Below are positions 9,946-19,776 of a stretch of DNA of 64,000 nt, piece by piece. Where the stretch lies: positions 18,398-82,397 of the IMG/VR virus record IMGVR_UViG_3300044797_000163; one strand, written 5' to 3'. A program made the position numbers and the translations under genes. Below the pieces are notes generated by a model that saw only the letters and a list, made by a program, of their open reading frames with translations, was not told where the DNA came from and searched no databases. This DNA comes from a virus. Lineage: Duplodnaviria > Heunggongvirae > Uroviricota > Caudoviricetes. How positions within the stretch are numbered: position 1 is the stretch's first letter; every line of letters starts with the position of its first letter.

Positions 9946-10560
9946 GTGCTCGATCAACGTAACTACTTTGCTCCATACGTAGGTCCACCGGGACTTCAAG
10001 TATCTGTAAATGGCGGCATCCTGCTCCTCAATGGGGTCGGAATGATTGTGTCCGCGACAGCAGTAACTCTGCCTGCGGTGACCACCAGCTATATTTATCT
10101 CAATACCTCGACCGGCGCGATTCAAAGTAACACCTCAGGATTTCCAAACACTAACTGCTACTCAATCGCCACCGTACTCACCAGCCACTCTGGAATCATT
10201 ATCCTCACTGACAACCGCCCCGATGTTACGTCTGGTGGCGGTGGTGGAGGCGGTGGGACCGCTGAGTACGTACAAACAATATCTGCCACACCTGGATCGG
10301 TCATTGGCTTTGGCGGTGCCTTCAACACGTTAGTCAAAGTAACGGGCGGTGCTGTCACCATCCCTCTCCCCACTGCGGTTGGCATAAGTGGTCAGATCAT
10401 CAGAACCATTATGACTGTATCTGGCACTACTTCATTCACTACGCAATCCGGCCAAACAATCAACGGTTCCGCTACTTTGCCGCAATTGACTAACCAATGG
10501 CAAACCATTTCTATGGAGTCTGATAATGCCAACTGGATTATCGTTTCTACGGCGAATTAG
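9946..10560 (+). CDS. Virion-associated protein with a poly-Gly tract
   Basis: Contains SGGGGGGGGTAEY. Beta-rich Thr/Ser composition. Confidence 0.4.
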   Translation: MLDQRNYFAPYVGPPGLQVSVNGGILLLNGVGMIVSATAVTLPAVTTSYIYLNTSTGAIQSNTSGFPNTNCYSIATVLTSHSGIIILTDNRPDVTSGGGGGGGGTAEYVQTISATPGSVIGFGGAFNTLVKVTGGAVTIPLPTAVGISGQIIRTIMTVSGTTSFTTQSGQTINGSATLPQLTNQWQTISMESDNANWIIVSTAN

Positions 10561-11908
10561 TCTCATCCTTTTATTGTGGTGTGGATGCGCCTTAGCGCAG
10601 GTACCCACACCAATTCGTTCGGTCTCAAGCCTGCCCGCAACCTGTAATGGTGGGAGCGGAAGCAAAGCCTCTGATGTGGTGATTCTCATCAGCGGTGGTA
10701 CCGGCACACTTTATATCTGCTCAGCGAGCAATACGTGGTCCGTTCTCGTCATCGGTCCTCTGAACAACATTGCGTACGGTTCAAACTCGATTGCGACTAC
10801 GGACTTAGTGACCGTAGATACGAACGGTTACGCCGCCGACACAGGCATCGCTCAATCATCGGTGAATACATCCGGCGCTAATGTGATCTCGGATACACAG
10901 ACGCAATATACCTTGCCGATGTGGAACCTGAGCAACCATCTCACTAACTCAATGTTCTCGCAGAACTCCGGAGCGAGTGTCGGAACTGTTACCGGCAACC
11001 TCAGCGTTACTGGTACCATCACCAGCTCGGCCAGCGGAGCACCACTCAACGCCACGGCGGTATCCTCTACAACAACCCCATCGTCCGGCGTCAATCTTCA
11101 ACCCATCACGGGACTAGGCTGGGTGTCTACCGATACATCGACTGGACAAAACTACGCTCCGGATAAATACGTCACCTCCGCACCTTCCGGTTCCTGCTCC
11201 TCTACTTTCGCAGCACCACTACCCGCGCAAATCGTAGTCAGTACGGGTGCGCTCTGGACTTGCCAAAGCGGTACCTGGGCACAAGTAACCGGTGGTGGAG
11301 GCGGCGGAACGGTCACCGGACTCAGCGGATTAACCTCGGGGAATGCCTATGCGAACGTTGGCGGAACATGGGTGCCTGCGGATGCGTGGGGTTTCCCGAC
11401 AGCAGGAAAAACGGCGACATTCACCAATTCCAGTGCGGTCATCACGGTCACGAATTCTGCCGCGCTTTGTACTCCCGTTCAGTTTTCGACGACGAGTGCG
11501 CTGCCTACGAACTTTGCGGTCAACACGACTTACTACGTTAGTTCAACCGGGCTCTCCGGTTCGCAGATCGAAGTCTCCGCGACATGCGGCGGATCGGTCA
11601 TTACGGCAGGCTCGGCGGGGTCGGGAACACAAACGGCTATTAACACGAACAACGGCCTAGTCGTTCCCCCGCCGCTTGCGGTTGGCATTGCGACCTCTTC
11701 GTCGGTAATTCAGTTGAACGGCGTATACACAACGACTGGATTGACGGCTGGCTCCATCTACTGCATTTCGACCACGAGCGCGGGAGCGATTACGACAACG
11801 TGTCCGAATGGCTCATCGTACAGTGGCTCGGCCTTGCAACAATTCGGACAGGCAATCTCAACCACGCAATTGATCTTCCCGTTGCCGAAACAGGGAGTCA
11901 TCAACTGA
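10526..11908 (+). CDS. Ser/Thr/Gly-rich fibre-like or adhesin-like protein with an N-terminal signal peptide
   Basis: N-terminus RRISLILLLWCGCALA|Q. Shares a roughly 90-aa C-terminal domain with the next gene (TFTNxSAVI..LPTNF..VS.TGLS.SQ.EV....AGSAGSGTQTA). Confidence 0.5.
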   Translation: MPTGLSFLRRISLILLLWCGCALAQVPTPIRSVSSLPATCNGGSGSKASDVVILISGGTGTLYICSASNTWSVLVIGPLNNIAYGSNSIATTDLVTVDTNGYAADTGIAQSSVNTSGANVISDTQTQYTLPMWNLSNHLTNSMFSQNSGASVGTVTGNLSVTGTITSSASGAPLNATAVSSTTTPSSGVNLQPITGLGWVSTDTSTGQNYAPDKYVTSAPSGSCSSTFAAPLPAQIVVSTGALWTCQSGTWAQVTGGGGGGTVTGLSGLTSGNAYANVGGTWVPADAWGFPTAGKTATFTNSSAVITVTNSAALCTPVQFSTTSALPTNFAVNTTYYVSSTGLSGSQIEVSATCGGSVITAGSAGSGTQTAINTNNGLVVPPPLAVGIATSSSVIQLNGVYTTTGLTAGSIYCISTTSAGAITTTCPNGSSYSGSALQQFGQAISTTQLIFPLPKQGVIN

Positions 11909-14748
11909 TGAAGCGCGGACTGATTTTCATTATCGTTGTGCTTGTGATTGCAGTTTGTATACCAAGCGCCAATGCCCAGAGCGCATCGCAGGGAGGCTCG
12001 TGCAGTAATTTTGCTTCAACTCCGTCATGTTCGGTGACCCCCACGAGCACAAGCGATTATCTTGTCGCATGGATCGGCAATGAAGCTGGAACCAACACGT
12101 CTCCTACGGCCTCGGGGTGCGTGACGTGGACGCAATTGTATACAAGTACGACTGGATATACTTGGAACATTGGTCAGGTCACCTCTACTTCCCCATGCAC
12201 GATTACAGTTGCGGGAAGTGGCACAGAGACAAGTTATGTATTGATTAACTGGTTTGAAGTGTCAAGTGTTTCTGCAACGGCGGACGGGGCGTCTTCTCCG
12301 GGGAGTTGCACCGGCGGTTGTAACACAAACCCGATGAACGGACCAGCCGTCACCACGGGGACTAGCGGCGATCTGATTCTCATCGCTGGACAAAATCAAA
12401 CCAAGACTGATGCCTTCTCCGCGCACACTCCATTCACAAGTGTGTTTGCGGCGGCGAATGCCAACTACTACGGTGCTAGTGGTTATTACGTCCAACTCAG
12501 TTCTGGATCCATCACGCCGACCTGGACCACCACTGGGAATTTTGACGGCTACTATCTTGGAACTCTGGCCCTGAAATCGGCCCCTCCATCGGTATCGAAT
12601 CCGACGTTCTCGCTCGCAGGCGGGACTTACAGTTCCGGTTTGCCGCAGTCCACAACAGTCGCTACCTCGACATCCGGTGCCTATCTCTGCGTCACGTCCT
12701 GCTCAGGCGAGGGCTGTACTCCAGCTACGCCAGCGGCTTCTTCCCCTCCGACCTGCTCAACTGGAACTCAGTACAGTACGAACTCGCAAGCGCTCTCGAT
12801 TGCGCTCGGCTATGAAACATTCTCCGCTCTCGGAACGAAAAGCGGAGACACGAATTCAGGCGTCCTAACGAGCAGTCAGTATTACAGCGTTCCCTTGCTG
12901 TCTAATTTCGGGCAGGAGACATTAAGCGGAGCGCTCGGCAACGTCTCGTGGGAAGGAGCACCAATCGGGAACGGCAACGGTCAGCTTGGTTGGACGGATG
13001 GCCTGGCGTCTCCTAACACCGGCATCCAGTTCACGCTCGTTCAGAATCCGCATCAGTACAGTTGCACGAGCAGTCCATGTACTGTCACGGTTACGTCCAC
13101 AACTTCAGGGAATGCCGGAATCATTTGTTCTGGTGCCAGCTACACCGGTTCGACGGGCACGGGCATCGTCATCAGCATGGGTACGCCATCGGCGGGTGGA
13201 ACATGGAAGCATTCTCCGGCGAGCATGGTCAACAATATCGGCGGTGGAGGGGTGGCAACCGCCACGATTCTCGCGGATGATTGCTACTACACGGCCAGTT
13301 TGACCGGGGGCACGACTTCCATTGGTGTGCCATGGACGTTTTCTGGCTATACGGGCACGGTCACCGAAGCGATTGACGTATGGTTTCTCGAACTCCATCC
13401 ATCCTATACGCCTGTTTATTTCGACACAGCTGGAGTTTCCTACTCGACTACATCAAGCGCCAGTCCGACTGGGCCAGCGGGATTATTCAATGGAACTTCC
13501 GATTACGTAGCGGAACTCCTATATCCGACGTTCTCTTCTGGTAATCCGCCGTCTGCGATCACCAGTCCCTATACGAGTCCCGCGCCATTGGTAAACAGTA
13601 CATCGCAAGCTGCGCTTGCTGGCGCTTTGAATGAAGTCATCTATCAGCAGCCGACGTGGACGATGGGATCAGCGCGGCAACCTAACCTCCTCAACTTCAT
13701 CGCGCTGAGCGGCACCGCTAATCCGCTGTTGACGCTTGACGGACTGATTGATTTCAACAACTGCACAAGCGGATCGGTCGCCACTGGTACTTGCCTCGGA
13801 AATTCCACTTACACCGGACAGGGATTCTCGTGGAACGTGTCGCAGACGGGCGCGAATCTCATCATCACGAACTCAGCGACGACCGCCGCACTACCCCAAC
13901 CCATCATTGCCAATGGCACAAAGTATTCGGGCACGACGAGCACGCATACATGGCAGTGTACGACGACGACGAACTCCGCGATCTGCGGGAATATGTCGCT
14001 AATCACAACGACCGGCTCGCCCAGCGTTTCCGTAGGATTCGATCTCACGACGACCTGTCCTGCGAATGGAAGTCAGGACTGTGGCGCAGTCGGAGGCATC
14101 GCAGATAACCAAGATTATACGGTCATTCATCTCAGTCCTCTTGGCAGCAACACGATCTGCATGGAAGCGGCTGGCTATGGATGCAATTTCGCTTCTCCAA
14201 CCGTTTCCTATGCACCGAACACAAATTACCGTGTCAATATCCAAGAGAATGCCGCCAGTGTCCCGTTTACGGTTACCTTCACCAATGGATCAGCGGTGAT
14301 TTCTGCAACAAATACGCTGGTCGCTGGCCAGCCGGTCACGTTCTACACGACAGGAACGCTTCCTACGAATTTCACCGCTTGGAGCACGGGGACAAATGTC
14401 AGCTATTGCGTGAGCGCGACTGGCTTGAGTTCTTCGCAATTTGAGGTCGTTACCCACACGAACGGGACAAGCACATGCGGTGCTACTCCAATTGTCGCTG
14501 GCAGCGCAGGCAGCGGGACTCAAACCGCCGTATCAAGCTCTTTGGATTATATGACGGTGTGTGCGGCTGGCTCTGCTATACCAGTCCTCGGTACTTGGTC
14601 TGGCTGGGGATACCCGACGGTAAGCAACGGCAACAACGTGATCGTTGGTTTCAGCGGTGAGGAGCCGTCGGTGAACGGGTACATCTATGTTGGCGGAGAA
14701 TACGTGTTCAGCATGACAGGGCAATATTCGACTACGAGTTGCTTCTGA
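11908..14748 (+). CDS. Large Ser/Thr-rich fibre-like protein with a signal peptide
   Basis: Start taken at MKRGLIFIIVVLVIAVCIPSANA|Q; its ATG overlaps the upstream stop as TGATG. 946 aa. C-terminal domain is homologous to that of the 10526-11908 product. Confidence 0.5.
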   Translation: MKRGLIFIIVVLVIAVCIPSANAQSASQGGSCSNFASTPSCSVTPTSTSDYLVAWIGNEAGTNTSPTASGCVTWTQLYTSTTGYTWNIGQVTSTSPCTITVAGSGTETSYVLINWFEVSSVSATADGASSPGSCTGGCNTNPMNGPAVTTGTSGDLILIAGQNQTKTDAFSAHTPFTSVFAAANANYYGASGYYVQLSSGSITPTWTTTGNFDGYYLGTLALKSAPPSVSNPTFSLAGGTYSSGLPQSTTVATSTSGAYLCVTSCSGEGCTPATPAASSPPTCSTGTQYSTNSQALSIALGYETFSALGTKSGDTNSGVLTSSQYYSVPLLSNFGQETLSGALGNVSWEGAPIGNGNGQLGWTDGLASPNTGIQFTLVQNPHQYSCTSSPCTVTVTSTTSGNAGIICSGASYTGSTGTGIVISMGTPSAGGTWKHSPASMVNNIGGGGVATATILADDCYYTASLTGGTTSIGVPWTFSGYTGTVTEAIDVWFLELHPSYTPVYFDTAGVSYSTTSSASPTGPAGLFNGTSDYVAELLYPTFSSGNPPSAITSPYTSPAPLVNSTSQAALAGALNEVIYQQPTWTMGSARQPNLLNFIALSGTANPLLTLDGLIDFNNCTSGSVATGTCLGNSTYTGQGFSWNVSQTGANLIITNSATTAALPQPIIANGTKYSGTTSTHTWQCTTTTNSAICGNMSLITTTGSPSVSVGFDLTTTCPANGSQDCGAVGGIADNQDYTVIHLSPLGSNTICMEAAGYGCNFASPTVSYAPNTNYRVNIQENAASVPFTVTFTNGSAVISATNTLVAGQPVTFYTTGTLPTNFTAWSTGTNVSYCVSATGLSSSQFEVVTHTNGTSTCGATPIVAGSAGSGTQTAVSSSLDYMTVCAAGSAIPVLGTWSGWGYPTVSNGNNVIVGFSGEEPSVNGYIYVGGEYVFSMTGQYSTTSCF

Positions 14749-14811
14749 TTCTTTCTTTTAAGCGAATCCCATGAGAAAACCTTGTCTTCTTATTTTCCTC
14801 GCGTTCAACTG

Positions 14812-15165
14812 ATGAAGCGCGGACTGATTTTCATTATCGTTGTGCTTGTGATTTGCAGTTTGTATACCAAGCGCCAATCCATAAGCCCATCGTCAGCCAC
14901 CGTTGTCGTGGGCCAATCGGAGCAATACACAGCAACCTGTACTTATTCCAGTGGTCCTTCACAGAATTGCACAGCGGCGGCAGGGTGGTCAACCAGTAAC
15001 GCAGCGGTTGCAACTGTGGTAGCCGGGCTTGCTAACGCACTTACAGCCGGTTCCGCTACTCTTACCGCATCGCTCGGTGGCTTTACACCAACAACCACCA
15101 TCACCACCACTGCGCCCCTAACACTGATTAACGGCGCTACCTTCAAAAATGGCACGGTTCAGTAA
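14812..15165 (+). CDS. Big_2 (bacterial Ig-like group 2) protein with a duplicated N-terminal hydrophobic leader
   Basis: N-terminus MKRGLIFIIVVLVI is identical to that of the previous gene. Big_2-like segment ATVVVGQSEQYTATC...AAVATVVAGLANALTAGSATLTASLGG. Confidence 0.5.
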   Translation: MKRGLIFIIVVLVICSLYTKRQSISPSSATVVVGQSEQYTATCTYSSGPSQNCTAAAGWSTSNAAVATVVAGLANALTAGSATLTASLGGFTPTTTITTTAPLTLINGATFKNGTVQ

Positions 15166-15788
15166 TGCAAAAACACATTCTCGTGTACATAGCCCGTCAC
15201 GGTACGACGGATCTAAACCAGAAAGACGCCTTCCGTGGACCGATCGATGCTCCTCTCGATAAGGATGGCTACCGAGACGCTCACACGCTGGCGCATTACT
15301 TCGAAGACATCGACATTTCGCACATCTTTCACTCCGACAAAAAGCGTACGCGAGAGACGGCGAAGATAATTGCCGATCGCAAAAACATGAAGGCGACCGG
15401 CAACCCCAATCTATCAGCTTGGAATGTTGGCGATCTTGGGGGTAAACCGAAAGATGAACAAAACCTCGACATCATTGAGTGGCACGTCAATCACCCTGAC
15501 GATCCGCTGCCTGGCGGTGAAGCCCTCAACCAATTCAAAGACCGCATTCGTCCTTTAATCATGGAAGCAGTCGAAGCTGCCCGTGAGAACGGTGTACCCA
15601 TTCTCATTGTCGCGCACTCCAGTGTGATCCATGAGGTTGGCAGTATGTTGACGGATGACCACGAACATACCTTAGTCGAACCTGGTGGAGTATGCGCGAT
15701 TTTCATTCACAACGGCGAGCTTGATGCGGCACCCATTTTTAAGTCCCGTGGGAAGCCTCTGCTCAAGACCGGCGAAATTCTTACCTAA
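15165..15788 (+). CDS. Histidine phosphatase of the phosphoglycerate-mutase superfamily
   Basis: N-terminal RHG motif (IARHGTTDLN) plus downstream conserved R and H residues. 207 aa. Confidence 0.7.
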   Translation: MQKHILVYIARHGTTDLNQKDAFRGPIDAPLDKDGYRDAHTLAHYFEDIDISHIFHSDKKRTRETAKIIADRKNMKATGNPNLSAWNVGDLGGKPKDEQNLDIIEWHVNHPDDPLPGGEALNQFKDRIRPLIMEAVEAARENGVPILIVAHSSVIHEVGSMLTDDHEHTLVEPGGVCAIFIHNGELDAAPIFKSRGKPLLKTGEILT

Positions 15789-15816
15789 ATAAAACCCGAA
15801 CTCAAGGAGTTGGATT

Positions 15817-16608
15817 ATGGCAGAAGAAGTAGGCAGCTATCCGTCCGTCACCGTCAATTCAGTAGGCATTGCAATCGGCTTACCTATCGGCAATCGCCCG
15901 ACCACACCACTATGGGGAGTGGCCCTAGCTACCCAGAGTTTTCCACTGAACACATCAGTCACACATGTGTTGGTGCAGAACGTGGAAGTCGGAGAAGCCC
16001 GCAATCAGATTGTGGAGTGGGCACTGCAGCACAACGCCACTTACGTCTTGTTCATCGATGATGACGTGATCCTTCCTCCTTTCGGCGCCCAACGTCTCGG
16101 TTACGCCTTAGATGTCCGATCGATGGAGTTATACCCGGACGATAAGGTCGCCGTGTGTTGCGGCATCTACATGTCTAAAGAAGAACTATCAACCCCAGTG
16201 ATCTACAAAGAAAACGGTCATGGTGCGTTTTGGAACTGGAAGGTTGGAGAAATCTTCGAAGTCGAGAGCGCCGGTACAGGTTGCATGCTGATTCGTACCG
16301 ATGTGTTCAAACATCTGGAAAAGCCGTACTTCAAAACCGTAGAACAGTACATCGATGTAAACGGGCAGCTCGGCTGTCAGAAAATGACAGACGACATCTA
16401 CTTCTGCATGAAAGTGCGGGCCGCAGGTTTCAAGATCATTGCCCACGGTGGAGTATTGTGTGGCCACTTCGATGTCAAGACTAACCAGATCTTCAGCCTC
16501 TCTGAAGACAGTTATCCAGTGAAAGCGGCCCGCGAAGAGGAAGAGCGCCGAAACGTTTTGCCTGCTGTCGAAGAGGCTCCGAGTTTAGAACTTACCAACG
16601 CCAAGTAA
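15817..16608 (+). CDS. Family-2 glycosyltransferase (GT-A fold)
   Basis: DxD motif (VLFIDDDVILPP). Characteristic GT2 acceptor-loop block TDDIYFCMKVRAAGFKI. No transmembrane segment. Confidence 0.7.
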   Translation: MAEEVGSYPSVTVNSVGIAIGLPIGNRPTTPLWGVALATQSFPLNTSVTHVLVQNVEVGEARNQIVEWALQHNATYVLFIDDDVILPPFGAQRLGYALDVRSMELYPDDKVAVCCGIYMSKEELSTPVIYKENGHGAFWNWKVGEIFEVESAGTGCMLIRTDVFKHLEKPYFKTVEQYIDVNGQLGCQKMTDDIYFCMKVRAAGFKIIAHGGVLCGHFDVKTNQIFSLSEDSYPVKAAREEEERRNVLPAVEEAPSLELTNAK

Positions 16609-16619
16609 TTGAGGTCAAC

Positions 16620-17306
16620 ATGAATAGCGATACTTTTGCCTGCTTTTCCAGCTTGTATCCCACGGGTCATCCGTTTGCGCTGCCCGCATCCATTACCACT
16701 ACCACTACGACTGAGACCGCCTTCCTGTTGGCAAACGGCAACCCTGCCGTCATCAACCTGCCCACGGGCAAGGAAATTCTTGGTTCGCAGACTCCGTTCA
16801 GTCCGAACGCAAACGCTACGTATGCGGCTGAGAGTGGACGAGCTGGTAAGTGGCTGGGTGAAACACGTCCGTTCTTCAACAGCTCCAGCTTCAACAACCG
16901 GCCTTTCCGACTTCGGGCCAGCGGCTTTATCGCGGGTGGAGGCACCACACTCACCTCGATCGCGGCGAGCATCAACGTTTACGCCTCGCTGACCACAGCC
17001 ACGGTTGTGACAAGCGGCACAAAAATCGCAGGGGTTGCCATTACCGGAGGCATTGGCAACACCAGCGCCAACTGGATGGTCGAAATGATACTGCAGTGGG
17101 ATTCGGTTAGCCAAATCCTCAGCGGTTTCCGTAACACCTTCGTCGGCAACTTGCTGACGGCAGGAAACCAGTCCGGGTTGACTCTTACCAACTCCATCTC
17201 TGGAATCACCCTGACCAGCATCAACTTCGGCGCAACGTGGGTTTTCGCAACCACCAGCACCGCTAACACAGTGGGGCTAGTTGAGCTTGCCCTAGAAATG
17301 GTCTAA
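16620..17306 (+). CDS. Thr/Ser-rich virion protein
   Basis: 228 aa with beta-rich composition, in the late operon. Confidence 0.4.
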   Translation: MNSDTFACFSSLYPTGHPFALPASITTTTTTETAFLLANGNPAVINLPTGKEILGSQTPFSPNANATYAAESGRAGKWLGETRPFFNSSSFNNRPFRLRASGFIAGGGTTLTSIAASINVYASLTTATVVTSGTKIAGVAITGGIGNTSANWMVEMILQWDSVSQILSGFRNTFVGNLLTAGNQSGLTLTNSISGITLTSINFGATWVFATTSTANTVGLVELALEMV

Positions 17307-17335
17307 ATCACAACCTCCCGCGAAAGGGGAAACGT

Positions 17336-17989
17336 ATGAGTGAGTACAACGAAATCGACCGCATGGTGATGGAGAGTCCGGAACTATTGGGTAAAGAGTG
17401 CATCGGTTGTTACCGTGTCCTTGCCTATAAGTTCTTCGATCGAGACTCTTCATCCCGTGACGGTCGCAAACACATGTGCGGTCTGTGCCAATCTGCAGAG
17501 CGCCTGAGCACGAATGAGCATTACCACCGGCAGCGCGAGATGAACTACCGCGCCTCCCAGAACCAACGCTGGGATCACCAGGAAGAACTCTACGACGACC
17601 TGTCCAAAATCGGCAGGCCGATGATGAGTTCTGACTTGATGAGGGCTCTTAGTTACATGGTTCCTGATCTTTATGTCACCGCCGGAAACATTGTCGGTGA
17701 TTTGGCTGTTTTCAAGACTTATCCACAGCCGCAACCGCAGTTGGATGGACGGTCGTTTGAGTATCTCTTTTACTGTCCAACCGGACTACTTCCGGAATTC
17801 AGCATGTACGAATTCAACGATCGAGATGTACCACTCCGTGAAAAACAGCGCGGCTGGCGCACTATCCTTCTGCGGCTAATCAAAGCTCGAATGCTTACTG
17901 AAGATCTGGCACATAAAGTCTTCGGCAAGCCTGAGGGTAAGGCCGCTACCCGTTACTTGCGGCAGTTATACGAATTCAGAAACAACTAA
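17336..17989 (+). CDS. Hypothetical protein with a Cys cluster
   Basis: ECIGCYRV...HMCGLCQ is a possible zinc ribbon. Confidence 0.4.
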   Translation: MSEYNEIDRMVMESPELLGKECIGCYRVLAYKFFDRDSSSRDGRKHMCGLCQSAERLSTNEHYHRQREMNYRASQNQRWDHQEELYDDLSKIGRPMMSSDLMRALSYMVPDLYVTAGNIVGDLAVFKTYPQPQPQLDGRSFEYLFYCPTGLLPEFSMYEFNDRDVPLREKQRGWRTILLRLIKARMLTEDLAHKVFGKPEGKAATRYLRQLYEFRNN

Positions 17990-18022
17990 CCGCCGCGAAC
18001 GGACTTTTCGCAGGGAGATAGA

Positions 18023-18517
18023 ATGTCAGATGAAACCGCAACACCCGTACGAAAGCAGCAACTTACTTTAGGCATCGAAGAACTACAAGCACTCATAGCC
18101 TCATCCGTATCTGAAGCAGTCAAACAATCGGGCCACGCTTTCGCCGCAGCCCTTCTCGAATCCCGCAAACCCTATACCGACCCTCGTCAGGAAGCGAACG
18201 CAGCCATGATGAAGGAAGGTTTCAAAGTGTCTCAGGAACGCATGAACGCTGAGATCGAGGCCAGCAGAGCAAGCTGTGAGCACGTTCAAGGTTCAAACGC
18301 TCTCAGTGAATTTCAAGGACAAATGGGCTCCTTCGTTCTTCACCAGCTCGATACAGGGGTCGTCATTGGCATTTGTACGAATTGCCAGAAAACGATCTGG
18401 TCGAACTCCACCGATCCGGAAGACCTCAAATACTTCAAGAAAAAGCAAGCCAACCGCATGTCAAAGGCCGGTCAGCGAGTCTTTATGGACCCAATGAAGG
18501 CAATGGCGGCACGATAA
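18023..18517 (+). CDS. Hypothetical protein
   Basis: 164 aa. Internal CTNCQ motif. Confidence 0.4.
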   Translation: MSDETATPVRKQQLTLGIEELQALIASSVSEAVKQSGHAFAAALLESRKPYTDPRQEANAAMMKEGFKVSQERMNAEIEASRASCEHVQGSNALSEFQGQMGSFVLHQLDTGVVIGICTNCQKTIWSNSTDPEDLKYFKKKQANRMSKAGQRVFMDPMKAMAAR

Positions 18518-18526
18518 GGAGCATTC

Positions 18527-19255
18527 TTGGCTGTTACTAACTCCCTGCAACGCATTATGAATGTCGCTCAAACGTACATTCGTAACGCGCCACTGACCTT
18601 TCCCGCATTGGCTGCACCCAACGACCTGGCTTTACTGGCCGGGGATTGGGTGCGCCAATTTATTTTGTCGCCTCCTTTTGCGTGGCGATGGAATCGCACC
18701 GTCAACACATTCACTACGGTGGCCGGGACGCAGGATTACGCTGTCAGTAACAGTACCTTCGGTTGGCTTGAACGAGCGTCTGTAACCGATAACACGGGCA
18801 GTAGTCCAGTTGTTACTGAGTTATCGATCCAGCTTAGACTCGGTGAGGAGTCCGTAAACAACCAACCCGTGTACGTATCACCTCGCCTCGATAACAACGC
18901 TGGCTCCATCACCTTCCGTCTTTCACCACCGCCGGACAAGGTGTACACGGTCACACTCGAAAGCCAGAACGTCCCGGCCAACTTTGTGAACCTCACCGAT
19001 CTGTGGACGCCACTTCCGGACTACCTCTCCTATTTATACATGCAAGGATTCCTGGCTAAGACCTACGAATACTTCATGGATGAACGTTTCGGCAGCAGCA
19101 TGTCACTGTTCATCAAACAGCTCATCGCGGCCAACGATGGCCTGGATGAAACCCAGATCAACATCTTCCTCGATCGCCAGATCGCTACCCAGCGCGAGCA
19201 GAACACTCGCCTCCAGAACGCTCAACTCGGAACTCAGGATCGAGCGCTCGGATAA
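18527..19255 (+). CDS. Virion protein, paralog of the 19777-20835 product
   Basis: Shared N-terminal pattern ...PFAWRWNRT...TVAGTQDYAV here versus ...PMDWKWNRA...TVGLQEDYV in the paralog. Confidence 0.45.
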   Translation: MAVTNSLQRIMNVAQTYIRNAPLTFPALAAPNDLALLAGDWVRQFILSPPFAWRWNRTVNTFTTVAGTQDYAVSNSTFGWLERASVTDNTGSSPVVTELSIQLRLGEESVNNQPVYVSPRLDNNAGSITFRLSPPPDKVYTVTLESQNVPANFVNLTDLWTPLPDYLSYLYMQGFLAKTYEYFMDERFGSSMSLFIKQLIAANDGLDETQINIFLDRQIATQREQNTRLQNAQLGTQDRALG

Positions 19256-19262
19256 AGGACAA

Positions 19263-19601
19263 ATGAAACGACTGTGGCAGTTGTTATGCACACTCAGACT
19301 CTACCGATTGGCCAACGCACTCGCGATGGCTCACAACGCACCATACGCCGCCGGAGATATGATTCTATGTCTACGGCATCCCAATCAAACCAATCATCGG
19401 AGAACGTCCTTCGTAAATGGTTTGTTTACTACCCAAGGTGTCGGTTGGGTATCCTGGTTGGATGCCATCTTGCCTGAGATAGAAGAGCAAGACGATATGA
19501 AGGCCCGCGACTTCACGTTCCCAACCAACAACGATGTTCCCATGTGGGCGCCCGCACTGGCATCGTCTTGGGATTGGGTTGGATACATCGATGAGAATTG
19601 A
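19263..19601 (+). CDS. Hypothetical protein
   Basis: ATG at 19263 (MKRLWQLL). Confidence 0.35.
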   Translation: MKRLWQLLCTLRLYRLANALAMAHNAPYAAGDMILCLRHPNQTNHRRTSFVNGLFTTQGVGWVSWLDAILPEIEEQDDMKARDFTFPTNNDVPMWAPALASSWDWVGYIDEN

Positions 19602-19776
19602 AATCCAGATCTATAAAGACGATGGCACGCTGGTAAACACAACCACAGCAGACGCCCTTCAACCAACCAACTGGAAAACCATTATTGATCAGCCAATCGC
19701 AGAAGGCGAGTATCGCTTTTTCGGTTGGACCTATCAGCCGATGGTAGTCCGTGCCAGCAAAGCAGGGGGATTCTAA
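19591..19776 (+). CDS. Small hypothetical protein
   Basis: 61 aa, starting MRIEIQIYKDDG. Confidence 0.3.
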   Translation: MRIEIQIYKDDGTLVNTTTADALQPTNWKTIIDQPIAEGEYRFFGWTYQPMVVRASKAGGF

